From: Eledone cirrhosa
Lineage: Eukaryota
DNA length: 64,000 nucleotides
Direction of reading: 5' to 3'
NCBI GenBank assembly: GCA_964016885.1
Contig: OZ024741.1
Span: 249,860,001-249,924,000, forward strand
Shown: positions 39,801-54,200 of the stretch, in pieces
Layout: the number at the start of each line of letters is the position of its first letter
How positions within the stretch are numbered: position 1 is the stretch's first letter
Translations under genes and position numbers: made by a program
The notes under the pieces: generated by a model
Told to the model about the DNA's origin: nothing
What the model saw: only the letters and a program-made list of their open reading frames with translations
The model's database searches: none

Positions 39801-42800
39801 AGATAATTTGTAAAAAAAATCAGGGGGAGATAATTTATAAAAAAATCAGGGGGAGATAATTTGTAAAAAAAATCAGGGGTAGATAATTTCCAGCCGTCCA
39901 AGGGGAGATAATTTCCATCCTTCCAAGGGGAGATAATTTCCAGCCGTCCAAGGGGAGATAATTTCCCGCCAGCCAAGGAGAGATAATATTTAAAAAAATC
40001 AGGCGGAGATAATTTGTAAAAAAAATCAGGGGGAGATAATTTGTAAAAAAATCAGGGGGAGATAATTTGTAAAAAAAAATCAGGGGGAGATAATTTGTAA
40101 AAAAAATCAGGGGGAGATAATTTGTAAAAAAAATCAGGGGTAGATAATTTGTAAAAAAAAATCAGGGGGAGATAATTTGTAAAAAAAAAATCAGGGGGAG
40201 ATAATTTGTAAAAAAATCAAGGGGAGATAATTTCCAGCCGTCCAAGGGGAGATAATTTTCAGCCGTCCAAGGAGAGGTAATTTCTAGCCGTCCAAGGGGA
40301 GATAATTTCCAGCCGTCCAAGGGGAGATAATTTTTTTAAAAAAATCAGGCGGAGATAATTTGTAAACAAAAATCAGGGGGAGATAGTTTGTAAAAAAAAA
40401 TCAGGGGGAGATAATTTGTTAAAAAAAATCAGGGGGAGATAATTTGTAAAAAAAATCAAGGGGAGATAATTTCCAGCCGTCCAAGGGGAGGTAATATCTA
40501 GCCATCCAAGGGGAGATAATTTCCAGCCGTCCAAGGGGAGATAATTTCCAGCCGTCCAAGGGGAGATAATATCCAGCCGTCCAAGGAGACATATTTTCCA
40601 GCCGTCCAAGGAGAGGTAATTTCTAGCCGTCCAAGGGGAGATAAGTTCCTGCCTCCAAGGGGAGATAATTTCCAGCCAGCCAAGGGGAGATAATTTGTAA
40701 AAAAATCAGGGGGAGATAATTTGTAAAAAAAAAATCAGGGGGAGATAATTTGTAAATAAATCAGGGGGAGATAATTTGTAAAAAAAAAATCAGGGGGAGA
40801 TAATTTGTAAAAAAAATCAGGGGGAGATAATTTGTAGAAAAAATCAGGGGTAGATAATTTGTAAAAAAAATCAGGGGGAGATAATTTGTAAAAAAAATCA
40901 GGGGGAGATAATTTGTAAAAAAAATCAGGGGTAGATAATTTTCAGCCGTCCAAGGGGAGATAATTTCCATCCTTCCAAGGGGAGATAATTTCCAGCCGTC
41001 CAAGGGGAGATAATTTCCCGCCAGCCAAGGAGAGATAACATTTAAAAAAATCAGGCGGAGATAATTTGTAAATAAAATCAGGGGGAGATAATTTGTAAAA
41101 AAATCAGGGGGAGATAATTTGTAAAAAAAATCAGGGGTAGATAATTTCCAGCCGTCCAAGGGGAGATAATTTCCATCCTTCCAAGGGGAGATAATTTCCA
41201 GCCGTCCAAGGGGAGATAATTTCCCGCCAGCCAAGGAGAGATAATATTTAAAAAAATCAGGCGGAGATAATTTGTAAAAAAAATCAGGGGGAGATAATTT
41301 GTAAAAAAATCAGGGGGAGATAATTTGTAAAAAAAAATCAGGGGTAGGTAATTTGTAAAAAAAATCAGGGGGAGATAATTTGTAAAAAAAATCAGGGGTA
41401 GATAATTTGTAAAAAAAAATCAGGGGGCGATAATTTGTAAAAAAAAAATCAGGGGGAGATAATTTGTAAAAAAATCAAGGTGAGATAATTTCCAGCCGTC
41501 CAAGGGGAGATAATTTTCAGCCTTCCAAGGAGAGGTAATTTCTAGCCGTCCAAGGGGAGATAATTTCCAGCCGTCCAAGGGGAGATAATTTTTTAAAAAA
41601 ATCAGGCGGAGATAATTTGTAAACAAAAATCAGGGGGAGATAATTTGTAAAAAAAAATCAGGGGGAGATAATTTGTAAAAAAAAATCAGGGGGAGATAAT
41701 TTGTAAAAAAAATCAAGGGGAGATAATTTCCAGCCGTCCAAGGGGAGGTAATATCTAGCCATCCAAGGGGAGATAATTTCCAGCCGTCCAAGGGGAGATA
41801 ATTTCCAGCCGTCCAAGGGGAGATAATATCCAGCCGTCCAAGGAGACATATTTTCCAGCCGTCCAAGGATAGGTAATTTCTAGCCGTCCAAGGGGAGATA
41901 AGTTCCAGCCTCCAAGGGGAGATAATTTCCAGCCAGCCAAGGGGAGATAATTTGTAAAAAAATCAGGGGGAGATAATTTGTAAAAAAAAAATCAGGGGGA
42001 GATAATTTGTAAAAAAATCAGGGGGAGATAATTTGTAAAAAAAAAATCAGGGGGAGATAATTTGTAAAAAAAATCAGGGGGAGATAATTTGTAAAAAAAA
42101 TCAGGGGTAGATAATTTGTAAAAAAAATCAGGGGGAGATAATTTGTAAAAAAAATCAGGAGATAATTTGTAAAAAAAATCAGGGGTAGATAATTTTCAGC
42201 CGTCCAAGGGGAGATAATTTCCATCCTTCCAAGGGGAGATAATTTCCAGCCGTCCAAGGGGAGATAATTTCCCGCCAGCCAAGGAGAGATAACATTTAAA
42301 AAAATCAGGCGGAGATAATTTGTAAAAAAATCAGGGGGAGATAATTTGTAAAAAAAAATCAGGGGGAGATAATTTGTAAAAAAAAATCAGGGGGTGATAA
42401 TTTGTAAAAAAAAATCAGGGGGAGATAATTTGTAAAATAATCAAGGGGAGATAATTTCCAGCCGTCCAAGGGGAGATAATTTTCAGCCGTCCAAGGAGAG
42501 GTAATTTCTAGCCGTCCAAGGGGAGATAATTTCCAGCCGTCCAAGGGGAGATAATTTTTAAAAAAAAATCAGGCGGAGATAATTTGTAAACAAAAATCAG
42601 GGGGAGATAATTTGTAAAAAAAAATCAGGGGGAGATAATTTGTAAAAAAAATCAAGGGGAGATAATTTCCAGCCGTCCAAGGGGAGGTAATATCTAGCCA
42701 TCCAAGGGGAGATAATTTCCAGCCGTCCAAGGGGAGATAATTTCCAGCCGTCCAAGGGGAGATAATATCCAGCCGTCCAAGGAGACATATTTTCCAGCCG

Positions 42801-43639
42801 TCCAAGGAGACGTAATTTCTAGCCGTCCAAGGGGAGATAAGTTCCAGCCTCCAAGGGGAGATAATTTCCAGCCAGCCAAGGGGAGATAATTTGTAAAAAA
42901 ATTAGGGGGAGATAATTTGTAAAAAAAAATCAGGGGGAGATAATTTGTAAAAAAAAATCAGGGGGAGATAATTTGTAAAAAATATCAAGGGGAGATAATT
43001 TCCAGCCCTCCAAGGGGCTATAATTTCCAGCCGTGCAAGGGGAGATAATTTCCAGCCGTCCAAGGGGAGATAATTTCCATCCTTCCAAGGGGAGATAATT
43101 TCCAGCCGTCCAAGGGGAGATAATTTCCCGCCAGCCAAGGGAAGATAATTTTTTAAAAAATCAGGCGGAGATTGTAAAAAAAATCAGGGGGAGATAATTT
43201 GTAAAAAAATCAGGGGGAGATAATTTGTAAAAAAAAAATCAGGGGGAGATAATTTGTAAAAAAAAATCAGGGGGAGATAATTTGTAAAAAAAATCAGGGG
43301 GAGATAATTTGTAAAAAAAATCAGGGGTAGATAATTTGTAAAAAAAATCAGGGGGAGATAATTTGTAAAAAAAATCAGGGGGAGATAATTTGTAAAAAAA
43401 ATCAGGGGTAGATAATTTTCAGCCGTCCAAGGGGAGATAATTTCCATCCTTCCAAGGGGAGATAATTTCCAGCCGTCCAAGGGGAGATAATTTCCCGCCA
43501 GCCAAGGAGAGATAACATTTAAAAAAATCAGGCGGAGATAATTTGTAAAAAAATCAGGGCGAGATAATTTGTAAAAAAAAATCAGGGGGAGATAATTTGT
43601 AAAAAAATCAAGGGGAGATAATTTCCAACCGTCCAAGGG

Positions 43640-46600
43640 GAGATAATTTTCAGCCGTCCAAGGAGGTAATTTCTAGCCGTCCAAGGGGAGATAATTTCCA
43701 GCCGTCCAAGGGGAGATAATTTTTTTAAAAAAATCAGGCGGAGATAATTTGTAAACAAAAATCAGGGGGAGATAATTTGTAAAAAAAAATCAGGGGGAGA
43801 TAATTTGTAAAAAAAATCGAGGGGAGATAATTTCCAGCCGTCCAAGGGGAGGTAATATCTAGCCATCCAAAGGGAGATAATTTCCAGCCGTCCAAGGGGA
43901 GATAATTTCCAGCCGTCCAAGGGGAGATAATATCCAGCCGTCCAAGGAGACATATTTTCCAGCCGTCCAAGGAGAGGTAATTTCTAGCCGTCCAAGGGGA
44001 GATAAGTTCCAGCCTCCAAGGGGAGATAATTTCCAGCCAGCCAAGGGGAGATAATTTGTAAAAAAATCAGGGGGAGATAATTTGTAAAAAAAAATCAGGG
44101 GGAGATAATTTGTAAAAAAATCAGGGGGAGATAATTTGTAAAAAAAAAATCAGGGGGAGATAATTTGTAAAAAAAATCAGGGGGAGATAATTTGTAGAAA
44201 AAATCAGGGGTAGATAATTTGTAAAAAAAATCAGGGGGAGATAATTTGTAAAAAAAATCAGGGGGAGATAATTTGTAAAAGAAATCAGGGGTAGATAATT
44301 TTCAGTCGTCCAAGGGGAGATAATTTCCATCCTTCCAAGGGGAGATAATTTCCAGCCGTCCAAGGGGAGATAATTTCCCGCCAGCCAAGGAGAGATAACA
44401 TTTAAAAAAATCAGGCGGAGATAATTTGTAAAAAAAATCAGGGGGAGATAATTTGTAAAAAAATCAGGGGGAGATAATTTGTAAAAAAAATCAGGGGTAG
44501 ATAATTTCCAGCCGTCCAAGGGGAGATAATTTCCATCCTTCCAAGGGGAGATAATTTCCAGCCGTCCAAGGGGAGATAATTTCCCGCCAGCCAAGGAGAG
44601 ATAATATTTAAAAAAATCAGGCGGAGATAATTTGTAAAAAAAATCAGGGGGAGATAATTTGTAAAAAAATCAGGGGGAGATAATTTGTAAAAAAAAATCA
44701 GGGGGAGATAATTTGTAAAAAAAATCAGGGGGAGATAATTTGTAAAAAAAATCAGGGGTAGATAATTTGTAAAAAAAAATCAGGGGGAGATAATTTGTAA
44801 AAAAAAAATCAGGGGGAGATAATTTGTAAAAAAATCAAGGTGAGATAATTTCCAGCCGTCCAAGGGGAGATAATTTTCAGCCGTCCAAGGAGAGGTAATT
44901 GCTAGCCGTCCAAGGGGAGATAATTTCCAGCCGTCCAAGGGGAGATAATTTTTTTAAAAAAATCAGGCGGAGATAATTTGTAAACAAAAATCAGGGGGAG
45001 ATAATTTGTAAAAAAAAATCAGGGGGAGATAATTTGTAAAAAAAAATCAGGGGGAGATAATTTGTAAAAAAAATCAAGGGGAGATAATTTCCAGCCGTCC
45101 AAGGGGAGGTAATATCTAGCCATCCAAGGGGAGATAATTTCCAGCCGTCCAAGGGGAGATAATTTCCAGCCGTCCAAGGGGAGATAATATCCAGCCGTCC
45201 AAGGAGACATATTTTCCAGCCGTCCAAGGAGAGGTAATTTCTAGCCGTCCAAGGGGAGATAAGTTCCAGCCTCCAAGGGGAGATAATTTCCAGCCAGCCA
45301 AGGGGAGATAATTTGTAAAAAAATCAGGGGGAGATAATTTGTAAAAAAAAATCAGGGGGAGATAATTTGTAAAAAAATCAGGGGGAGATAATTTGTAAAA
45401 AAAAAATCAGGGGGAGATAATTTGTAAAAAAAATCAGGGGGAGATAATTTGTAAAAAAATCAGGGGTAGATAATTTGTAAAAAAAATCAGGGGGAGATAA
45501 TTTGTAAAAAAAATCAGGGGGAGATAATTTGTAAAAAAAATCAGGGGTAGATAATTTTCAGCCGTCCAAGGGGAGATAATTTCCATCCTTCCAAGGGGAG
45601 ATAATTTCCAGCCGTCCAAGGGGAGATAATTTCCCGCCAGCCAAGGAGAGATAACATTTAAAAAAATCAGGCGGAGATAATTTGTAAAAAAATCAGGGGG
45701 AGATAATTTGTAAAAAAAATCAGGGGGAGATAATTTGTAAAAAAAATCAGGGGGAGATAATTTGTAAAAAAAAATCAGGGGTAGATAATTTGTAAAAAAA
45801 AATCAGGGGGAGATAATTTGTAAAAAAAAATCAGGGGGAGATAATTTGTAAAAAAATCAAGGGGAGATAATTTCCAGCCGTCCAAGGGGAGATAATTTCC
45901 AGCCGTCCAAGGGGAGGTAATATCTAGCCATCCAAGGGGAGATAATTTCCAGCCGTCCAAGGGGAGATAATTTCCAGCCGTCCAAGGGGAGATAATATCC
46001 AGCCGTCCAAGGAGACATATTTTCCAGCCGTCCAAGGAGACGTAATTTCTAGCCGTCCAAGGGGAGATAAGTTCCAGCCTCCAAGGGGAGATAATTTCCA
46101 GCCAGCCAAGGGGAGATAATTTGTAAAAAAATCAGGGGAGATAATTTGTAAAAAAAATCAGGGGGAGATAATTTGTAAAAAAAAATCAGGGGTAGATAAT
46201 TTGTAAAAAAAATCAGGGGGAGATAATTTGTAAAAAAAAAATCAGGGGGAGATAATTTGTAAAAAAATCAAGGGGAGATAATTTCCAACCGTCCAAGGGG
46301 AGATAATTTTCAGCCGTCCAAGGAGGTAATTTCTAGCCGTCCAAGGGGAGATAATTTCCAGCCGTCCAAGGGGAGATAATTTTTTTTAAAAAATCAGGCG
46401 GAGATAATTTGTAAACAAAAATCAGGGGGAGATAATTTGTAAAAAAAAATCAGGGGGAGATAATTTGTAAAAAAAATCAGGGGGAGATAATTTGTAAAAA
46501 AAATCAAGGGGAGATAATTTCCAGCCGTCCAAGGGGAGGTAATATCTAGCCATCCAAAGGGAGATAATTTCCAGCCGTCCAAGGGGAGATAATTTCCAGC

Positions 46601-46730
46601 CGTCCAAGGGGAGATAATATCCAGCCGTCCAAGGAGACATATTTTCCAGCCGTCCAAGGAGAGGTAATTTCTAGCCGTCCAAGGGGAGATAAGTTCCAGC
46701 CTCCAAGGGGAGATAATTTCCAGCCAGCCA
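43640..46730 (+). repeat. Dispersed third copy of part of the 17.85 kb unit (matches ~8.2-11.5 kb and ~26.0-29.4 kb)
   Basis: Offset is 35,429 (8692>44121, 9562>44991, 10005>45434), then 35,214 (10710>45924, 11180>46394). Shared markers: GTAAAAGAAATC..TTCAGTCGTC, TCAAGGTGAG, ATTGCTAGCC. Confidence 0.85.
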
Positions 46731-49700
46731 AGGGGAGATAATTTGTAAAAAAATCAGGGGGAGATAATTTGTAAAAAAAAAATCAGGGGGAGATAATTTG
46801 TAAAAAAATCAGGGGGAGATAATTTGTAAAAAAAAAATCAGGGGGAGATAATTTGTAAAAAAAAATCAGGGGGAGATAATTTGTAGAAAAAATCAGGGGT
46901 AGATAATTTGTAAAAAAAATCAGGGGGAGATAATTTGTAAAAAAAATCAGGGGGAGATAATTTGTAAAAAAAATCAGGGGTAGATAATTTTCAGCCGTCC
47001 AAGGGGAGATAATTTCCATCCTTCCAAGGGGAGATAATTTCCAGCCGTCCAAGGGGAGATAATTTCCCGCCAGCCAAGGAGAGATAACATTTAAAAAAAT
47101 CAGGCGGAGATAATTTGTAAAAAAAATCAGGGGGAGATAATTTGTAAAAAAATCAGGGGGAGATAATTTGTAAAAAAAAATCAGGGGTAGATAATTTCCA
47201 GCCGTCCAAGGGGAGATAATTTCCATCCTTCCAAGGGGAGATAATTTCCAGCCGTCCAAGGGGAGATAATTTCCCGCCAGCCAAGGAGAGATAATATTTA
47301 AAAAAATCAGGCGGAGATAATTTGTAAAAAAAATCAGGGGGAGATAATTTGTAAAAAAATCAGGGGGAGATAATTTGTAAAAAAAAATCAGGGGAGATAA
47401 TTTGTAAAAAAAATCAGGGGGAGATAATTTGTAAAAAAAAATCAGGGGTAGATAATTTGTAAAAAAAAATCAGGGGGAGATAATTTGTAAAAAAAAAATC
47501 AGGGGGAGATAATTTGTAAAAAAATCAAGGGGAGATAATTTCCAGCCGTCCAAGGGGAGATAATTTTCAGCCGTCCAAGGAGGTAATTTCTAGCCGTCCA
47601 AGGGGAGATAATTTCCAGCCGTCCAAGGGGAGATAATTTTTTTAAAAAAATCAGGCGGAGATAATTTGTAAACAAAAATCAGGGGGAGATAATTTGTAAA
47701 AAAAAATCAGGGGGAGATAATTTGTAAAAAAAAATCAGGGGGAGATAATTTGTAAAAAAAATCAAGGGGAGATAATTTCCAGCCGTCCAAGGGGAGGTAA
47801 TATCTAGCCATCCAAGGGGAGATAATTTCCAGCCGTCCAAGGGGAGATAATTTCCAGCCGTCAAAGGGGAGATAATATCCAGCCGTCCAAGGAGACATAT
47901 TTTCCAGCCGTCCAAGGAGAGGTAATTTCTAGCCGTCCAAGGGGAGATAAGTTCCAGCCTCCAAGGGGAGATAATTTCCAGCCAGCCAAGGGGAGATAAT
48001 TTGTAAAAAAATCAGGGGGAGATAATTTGTAAAAAAAAATCAGGGGGAGATAATTTGTAAAAAAATCAGGGGGAGATAATTTGTAAAAAAAAAATCAGGG
48101 GGAGATAATTTGTAAAAAAAATCAGGGGGAGATAATTTGTAGAAAAAATCAGGGGTAGATAATTTGTAAAAAAAATCAGGGGGAGATAATTTGTAAAAAA
48201 AATCAGGGGGAGATAATTTGTAAAAAAAATCAGGGGTAGATAATTTTCAGCCGTCCAAGGGGAGATAATTTCCATCCTTCCAAGGGGAGATAATTTCCAG
48301 CCGTCCAAGGGGAGATAATTTCCCGCCAGCCAAGGAGAGATAACATTTAAAAAAATCAGGCGGAGATAATTTGTAAAAAAAATCAGGGGGAGATAATTTG
48401 TAAAAAAATCAGGGGGAGATAATTTGTAAAAAAAATCAGGGGTAGATAATTTCCAGCCGTCCAAGGGGAGATAATTTCCATCCTTCCAAGGGGAGATAAT
48501 TTCCAGCCGTCCAAGGGGAGATAATTTCCCGCCAGCCAAGGAGAGATAATATTTAAAAAAATCAGGCGGAGATAATTTGTAAAAAAAATCAGGGGGAGAT
48601 AATTTGTAAACAAAAATCAGGGGGAGATAATTTGTAAAAAAAATCAGGCGGAGATAATTTGTAAACAAAAATCAGGGGGAGATAATTTGTAAAAAAAAAT
48701 CAGGGGGAGATAATTTGTAAAAAAAAATCAGGGGGAGATAATTTGTAAAAAAAAATCAAGGGGAGATAATTTCCAGCCGTCCAAGGGGAGGTAATATCTA
48801 GCCATCCAAGGGGAGATAATTTCCAGCCGTCCAAGGGGAGATAATTTCCAGCCGTCCAAGGGGAGATAATATCCAGCCGTCCAAGGAGACATATTTTCCA
48901 GCCGTCCAAGGAGAGGTAATTTCTAGCCGTCCAAGGGGAGATAAGTTCCTGCCTCCAAGGGGAGATAATTTCCAGCCAGCCAAGGGGAGATAATTTGTAA
49001 AAAAATCAGGGGGAGATAATTTGTAAAAAAAAAATCAGGGGGAGATAATTTGTAAAAAAATCAGGGTGAGATAATTTGTAAAAAAAAAATCAGGGGGAGA
49101 TAATTTGTAAAAAAAATCAGGGGGAGATAATTTGTAGAAAAAATCAGGGGTAGATAATTTGTAAAAAAAATCAGGGGGAGATAATTTATAAAAAAAATCA
49201 GGGGGAGATAATTTGTAAAAAAAATCAGGGGTAGATAATTTTCAGCCGTCCAAGGGGAGATAATTTCCATCCTTCCAAGGGGAGATAATTTCCAGCCGTC
49301 CAAGGGGAGATAATTTCCCGCCAGCCAAGGAGAGATAACATTTAAAAAAATCAGGCGGAGATAATTTGTAAAAAAAATCAGGGGGAGATAATTTGTAAAA
49401 AAATCAGGGGGAGATAATTTGTAAAAAAAATCAGGGGTAGATAATTTCCAGCCGTCCAAGGGGAGATAATTTCCATCCTTCCAAGGGGAGATAATTTCCA
49501 GCCGTCCAAGGGGAGGTAATATCTAGCCATCCAAGGGGAGATAATTTCCAGCCGTCCAAGGGGAGATAATTTCCAGCCGTCCAAGGGGAGATAATATCCA
49601 GCCGTCCAAGGAGACATATTTTCCAGCCGTCCAAGGAGACGTAATTTCTAGCCGTCCAAGGGGAGATAAGTTCCAGCCTCCAAGGGGAGATAATTTCCAG

Positions 49701-51260
49701 CCAGCCAAGGGGAGATAATTTGTAAAAAAATTAGGGGGAGATAATTTGTAAATAAAAATTAGGGGGAGATAATTTGTAAAAAAAAATCAGGGGGAGATAA
49801 TTTGTAAAAAAAATCAAGGGGAGATAATTTCCAGCCGTCCAAGGGGAGATAATTTTCAGCCGTCCAAGGAGAGGTAAATTCTAGCCGTCCAAGGAGATAT
49901 AATTTCCAGCCGTCCAAGGGGAGATAATTTCCAGCCGTCCAAGGGGAGATAATTTAAAAAAAAAAATCAGGCGGAGATAATTTGTAAACAAAAATCAGGG
50001 GGAGATAATTTTTAAAAAAAAATCAGGGGGAGATAATTTGTAAAAAAAAATCAGGGGGAGATAATTTGTAAAAAAATTCAAGGGGAGATAATTTCCAGCC
50101 GTCCAAGGGGAGGTAATATCTAGCCATCCAAGGGGAGATAATTTCCAGCCGTCCAAGGGGAGATAATATCCAGCCGTCCAAGGGGAGATAATATCCAGCC
50201 GTCCAAGGAGACATATTTTCCAGCCGTCCAAGGAGAGGTAATTTCTAGCCGTCCAAGGGGAGATAAGTTCCAGCCTCCAAGGGGAGATAATTTCCAGCTA
50301 GCCAAGGGGAGATAATTTGTAAAAAAATCAGGGGGGAGATAATTTGTAAAAAAAATCAGGGGGAGATAATTTGTAAAAAATATCAAGGGGAGATAATTTC
50401 CAGCCCTCCAAGGGGCTATAATTTCCAGCCGTGCAAGGGGAGATAATTTCCAGCCGTCCAAGGGGAGATAATTTCCATCCTTCCAAGGGGAGATAATTTC
50501 CAGCCGTCCAAGGGGAGATAATTTCCCGCCAGCCAAGGGAAGATAATTTTTTAAAAAATCAGGCGGAGATTGTAAAAAAAATCAGGGGGAGATAATTTGT
50601 AAAAAAATCAGGGGGAGATAATTTGTAAAAAAAAAATCAGGGGGAGATAATTTGTAAAAAAAAATCAGGGGGAGCTAATTTGTAAAAAAAATCAGGGGGA
50701 GATAATTTGTAAAAAAAAATCAGGGGGAGATAATTTGTAAAAAAAAAATCAGGGGGAGATAATTTGTAAAAAAATCAAGGGGAGATAATTTCCAGCCGTC
50801 CAAGGGGAGATAATTTTCAGCCGTCCAAGGAGGTAATTTCTAGCCGTCCAAGGGGAGATAATTTCCAGCCGTCCAAGGGGAGATAATTTTTTTAAAAAAA
50901 TCAGGCGGAGATAATTTGTAAACAAAAATCAGGGGGAGATAATTTGTAAAAAAAAATCAGGGGGAGATAATTTGTAAAAAAAAATCAGGGGTAGATAATT
51001 TGTAAAAAAAATCAAGGGGAGATAATTTCCAGCCGTCCAAGGGGAGGTAATATCTAGCCATCCAAGGGGAGATAATTTCCAGCCGTCCAAGGGGAGATAA
51101 TTTCCAGCCGTCCAAGGGGAGATAATATCCAGCCGTCCAAGGAGACATATTTTCCAGCCGTCCAAGGAGAGGTAATTTCTAGCCGTCCAAGGGGAGATAA
51201 GTTCCAGCCTCCAAGGGGAGATAATTTCCAGCCAGCCAAGGGGAGATAATTTGTAAAAAA
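46500..51260 (+). repeat. Duplicate of ~34.7-39.45 kb at offset 11,812
   Basis: 34734>46546, 34971>46783, 36254>48066, 37249>49061, 38183>49995, 39242>51054. Confidence 0.92.
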
Positions 51261-54200
51261 ATCAGGGGGAGATAATTTGTAAAAAAAAAATCAGGGGGAG
51301 ATAATTTGTAAAAAAATCAGGGGGAGATAATTTGTAAAAAAAAAATCAGGGGGAGATAATTTGTAAAAAAAAATCAGGGGGAGATAATTTGTAGAAAAAA
51401 TCAGGGGTAGATAATTTGTAAAAAAAATCAGGGGGAGATAATTTGTAAAAAAAATCAGGGGGAGATAATTTGTAAAAAAAATCAGGGGTAGATAATTTTC
51501 AGCCGTCCAAGGGGAGATAATTTCCATCCTTCCAAGGGGAGATAATTTCCAGCCGTCCAAGGGGAGATAATTTCCCGCCAGCCAAGGAGAGATAACATTT
51601 AAAAAAATCAGGCGGAGATAATTTGTAAAAAAAATCAGGGGGAGATAATTTGTAAAAAAATCAGGGGGAGATAATTTGTAAAAAAAAATCAGGGGTAGAT
51701 AATTTCCAGCCGTCCAAGGGGAGATAATTTCCATCCTTCCAAGGGGAGATAATTTCCAGCCGTCCAAGGGGAGATAATTTCCCGCCAGCCAAGGAGAGAT
51801 AATATTTAAAAAAATCAGGCGGAGATAATTTGTAAAAAAAATCAGGGGGAGATAATTTGTAAAAAAATCAGGGGGAGATAATTTGTAAAAAAAAATCAGG
51901 GAAGATAATTTGTAAAAAAAATCAGGGGGAGATAATTTGTAAAAAAAAATCAGGGGTAGATAATTTGTAAAAAAAAATCAGGGGGAGATAATTTGTAAAA
52001 AAAAATCAGGGGGAGATAATTTGTAAAAAAATCAAGGGGAGATAATTTCCAGCCGTCCAAGGGGAGATAATTTTCAGCCGTCCAAGGAGGTAATTTCTAG
52101 CCGTCCAAGGGGAGATAATTTCCAGCCGTCCAAGGGGAGATAATTTTTTTAAAAAAATCAGGCGGAGATAATTTGTAAACAAAAATCAGGGGGAGATAAT
52201 TTGTAAAAAAAAATCAGGGGGAGATAATTTGTAAAAAAAAATCAGGGGGAGATAATTTGTAAAAAAAATCAAGGGGAGATAATTTCCAGCCGTCCAAGGG
52301 GAGGTAATATCTAGCCATCCAAGGGGAGATAATTTCCAGCCGTCCAAGGGGAGATAATTTCCAGCCGTCAAAGGGGAGATAATATCCAGCCGTCCAAGGA
52401 GACATATTTTCCAGCCGTCCAAGGAGAGGTAATTTCTAGCCGTCCAAGGGGAGATAAGTTCCAGCCTCCAAGGGGAGATAATTTCCAGCCAGCCAAGGGG
52501 AGATAATTTGTAAAAAAATCAGGGGGAGATAATTTGTAAAAAAAAATCAGGGGGAGATAATTTGTAAAAAAATCAGGGGGAGATAATTTGTAAAAAAAAA
52601 ATCAGGGGGAGATAATTTGTAAAAAAAATCAGGGGGAGATAATTTGTAGAAAAAATCAGGGGTAGATAATTTGTAAAAAAAATCAGGGGGAGATAATTTG
52701 TAAAAAAAATCAGGGGGAGATAATTTGTAAAAAAAATCAGGGGTAGATAATTTTCAGCCGTCCAAGGGGAGATAATTTCCATCCTTCCAAGGGGAGATAA
52801 TTTCCAGCCGTCCAAGGGGAGATAATTTCCCGCCAGCCAAGGAGAGATAACATTTAAAAAAATCAGGCGGAGATAATTTGTAAAAAAAATCAGGGGGAGA
52901 TAATTTGTAAAAAAATCAGGGGGAGATAATTTGTAAAAAAAATCAGGGGTAGATAATTTCCAGCCGTCCAAGGGGAGATAATTTCCATCCTTCCAAGGGG
53001 AGATAATTTCCAGCCGTCCAAGGGGAGATAATTTCCCGCCAGCCAAGGAGAGATAATATTTAAAAAAATCAGGCGGAGATAATTTGTAAAAAAAATCAGG
53101 GGGAGATAATTTGTAAACAAAAATCAGGGGGAGATAATTTGTAAAAAAAATCAGGCGGAGATAATTTGTAAACAAAAATCAGGGGGAGATAATTTGTAAA
53201 AAAAAATCAGGGGGAGATAATTTGTAAAAAAAAATCAGGGGGAGATAATTTGTAAAAAAAAATCAAGGGGAGATAATTTCCAGCCGTCCAAGGGGAGGTA
53301 ATATCTAGCCATCCAAGGGGAGATAATTTCCAGCCGTCCAAGGGGAGATAATTTCCAGCCGTCCAAGGGGAGATAATATCCAGCCGTCCAAGGAGACATA
53401 TTTTCCAGCCGTCCAAGGAGAGGTAATTTCTAGCCGTCCAAGGGGAGATAAGTTCCTGCCTCCAAGGGGAGATAATTTCCAGCCAGCCAAGGGGAGATAA
53501 TTTGTAAAAAAATCAGGGGGAGATAATTTGTAAAAAAAAAATCAGGGGGAGATAATTTGTAAAAAAATCAGGGTGAGATAATTTGTAAAAAAAAAATCAG
53601 GGGGAGATAATTTGTAAAAAAAATCAGGGGGAGATAATTTGTAGAAAAAATCAGGGGTAGATAATTTGTAAAAAAAATCAGGGGGAGATAATTTATAAAA
53701 AAAATCAGGGGGAGATAATTTGTAAAAAAAATCAGGGGTAGATAATTTTCAGCCGTCCAAGGGGAGATAATTTCCATCCTTCCAAGGGGAGATAATTTCC
53801 AGCCGTCCAAGGGGAGATAATTTCCCGCCAGCCAAGGAGAGATAACATTTAAAAAAATCAGGCGGAGATAATTTGTAAAAAAAATCAGGGGGAGATAATT
53901 TGTAAAAAAATCAGGGGGAGATAATTTGTAAAAAAAATCAGGGGTAGATAATTTCCAGCCGTCCAAGGGGAGATAATTTCCATCCTTCCAAGGGGAGATA
54001 ATTTCCAGCCGTCCAAGGGGAGGTAATATCTAGCCATCCAAGGGGAGATAATTTCCAGCCGTCCAAGGGGAGATAATATCCAGCCGTCCAAGGGGAGATA
54101 ATATCCAGCCGTCCAAGGAGACATATTTTCCAGCCGTCCAAGGAGAGGTAATTTCTAGCCGTCCAAGGGGAGATAAGTTCCAGCCTCCAAGGGGAGATAA

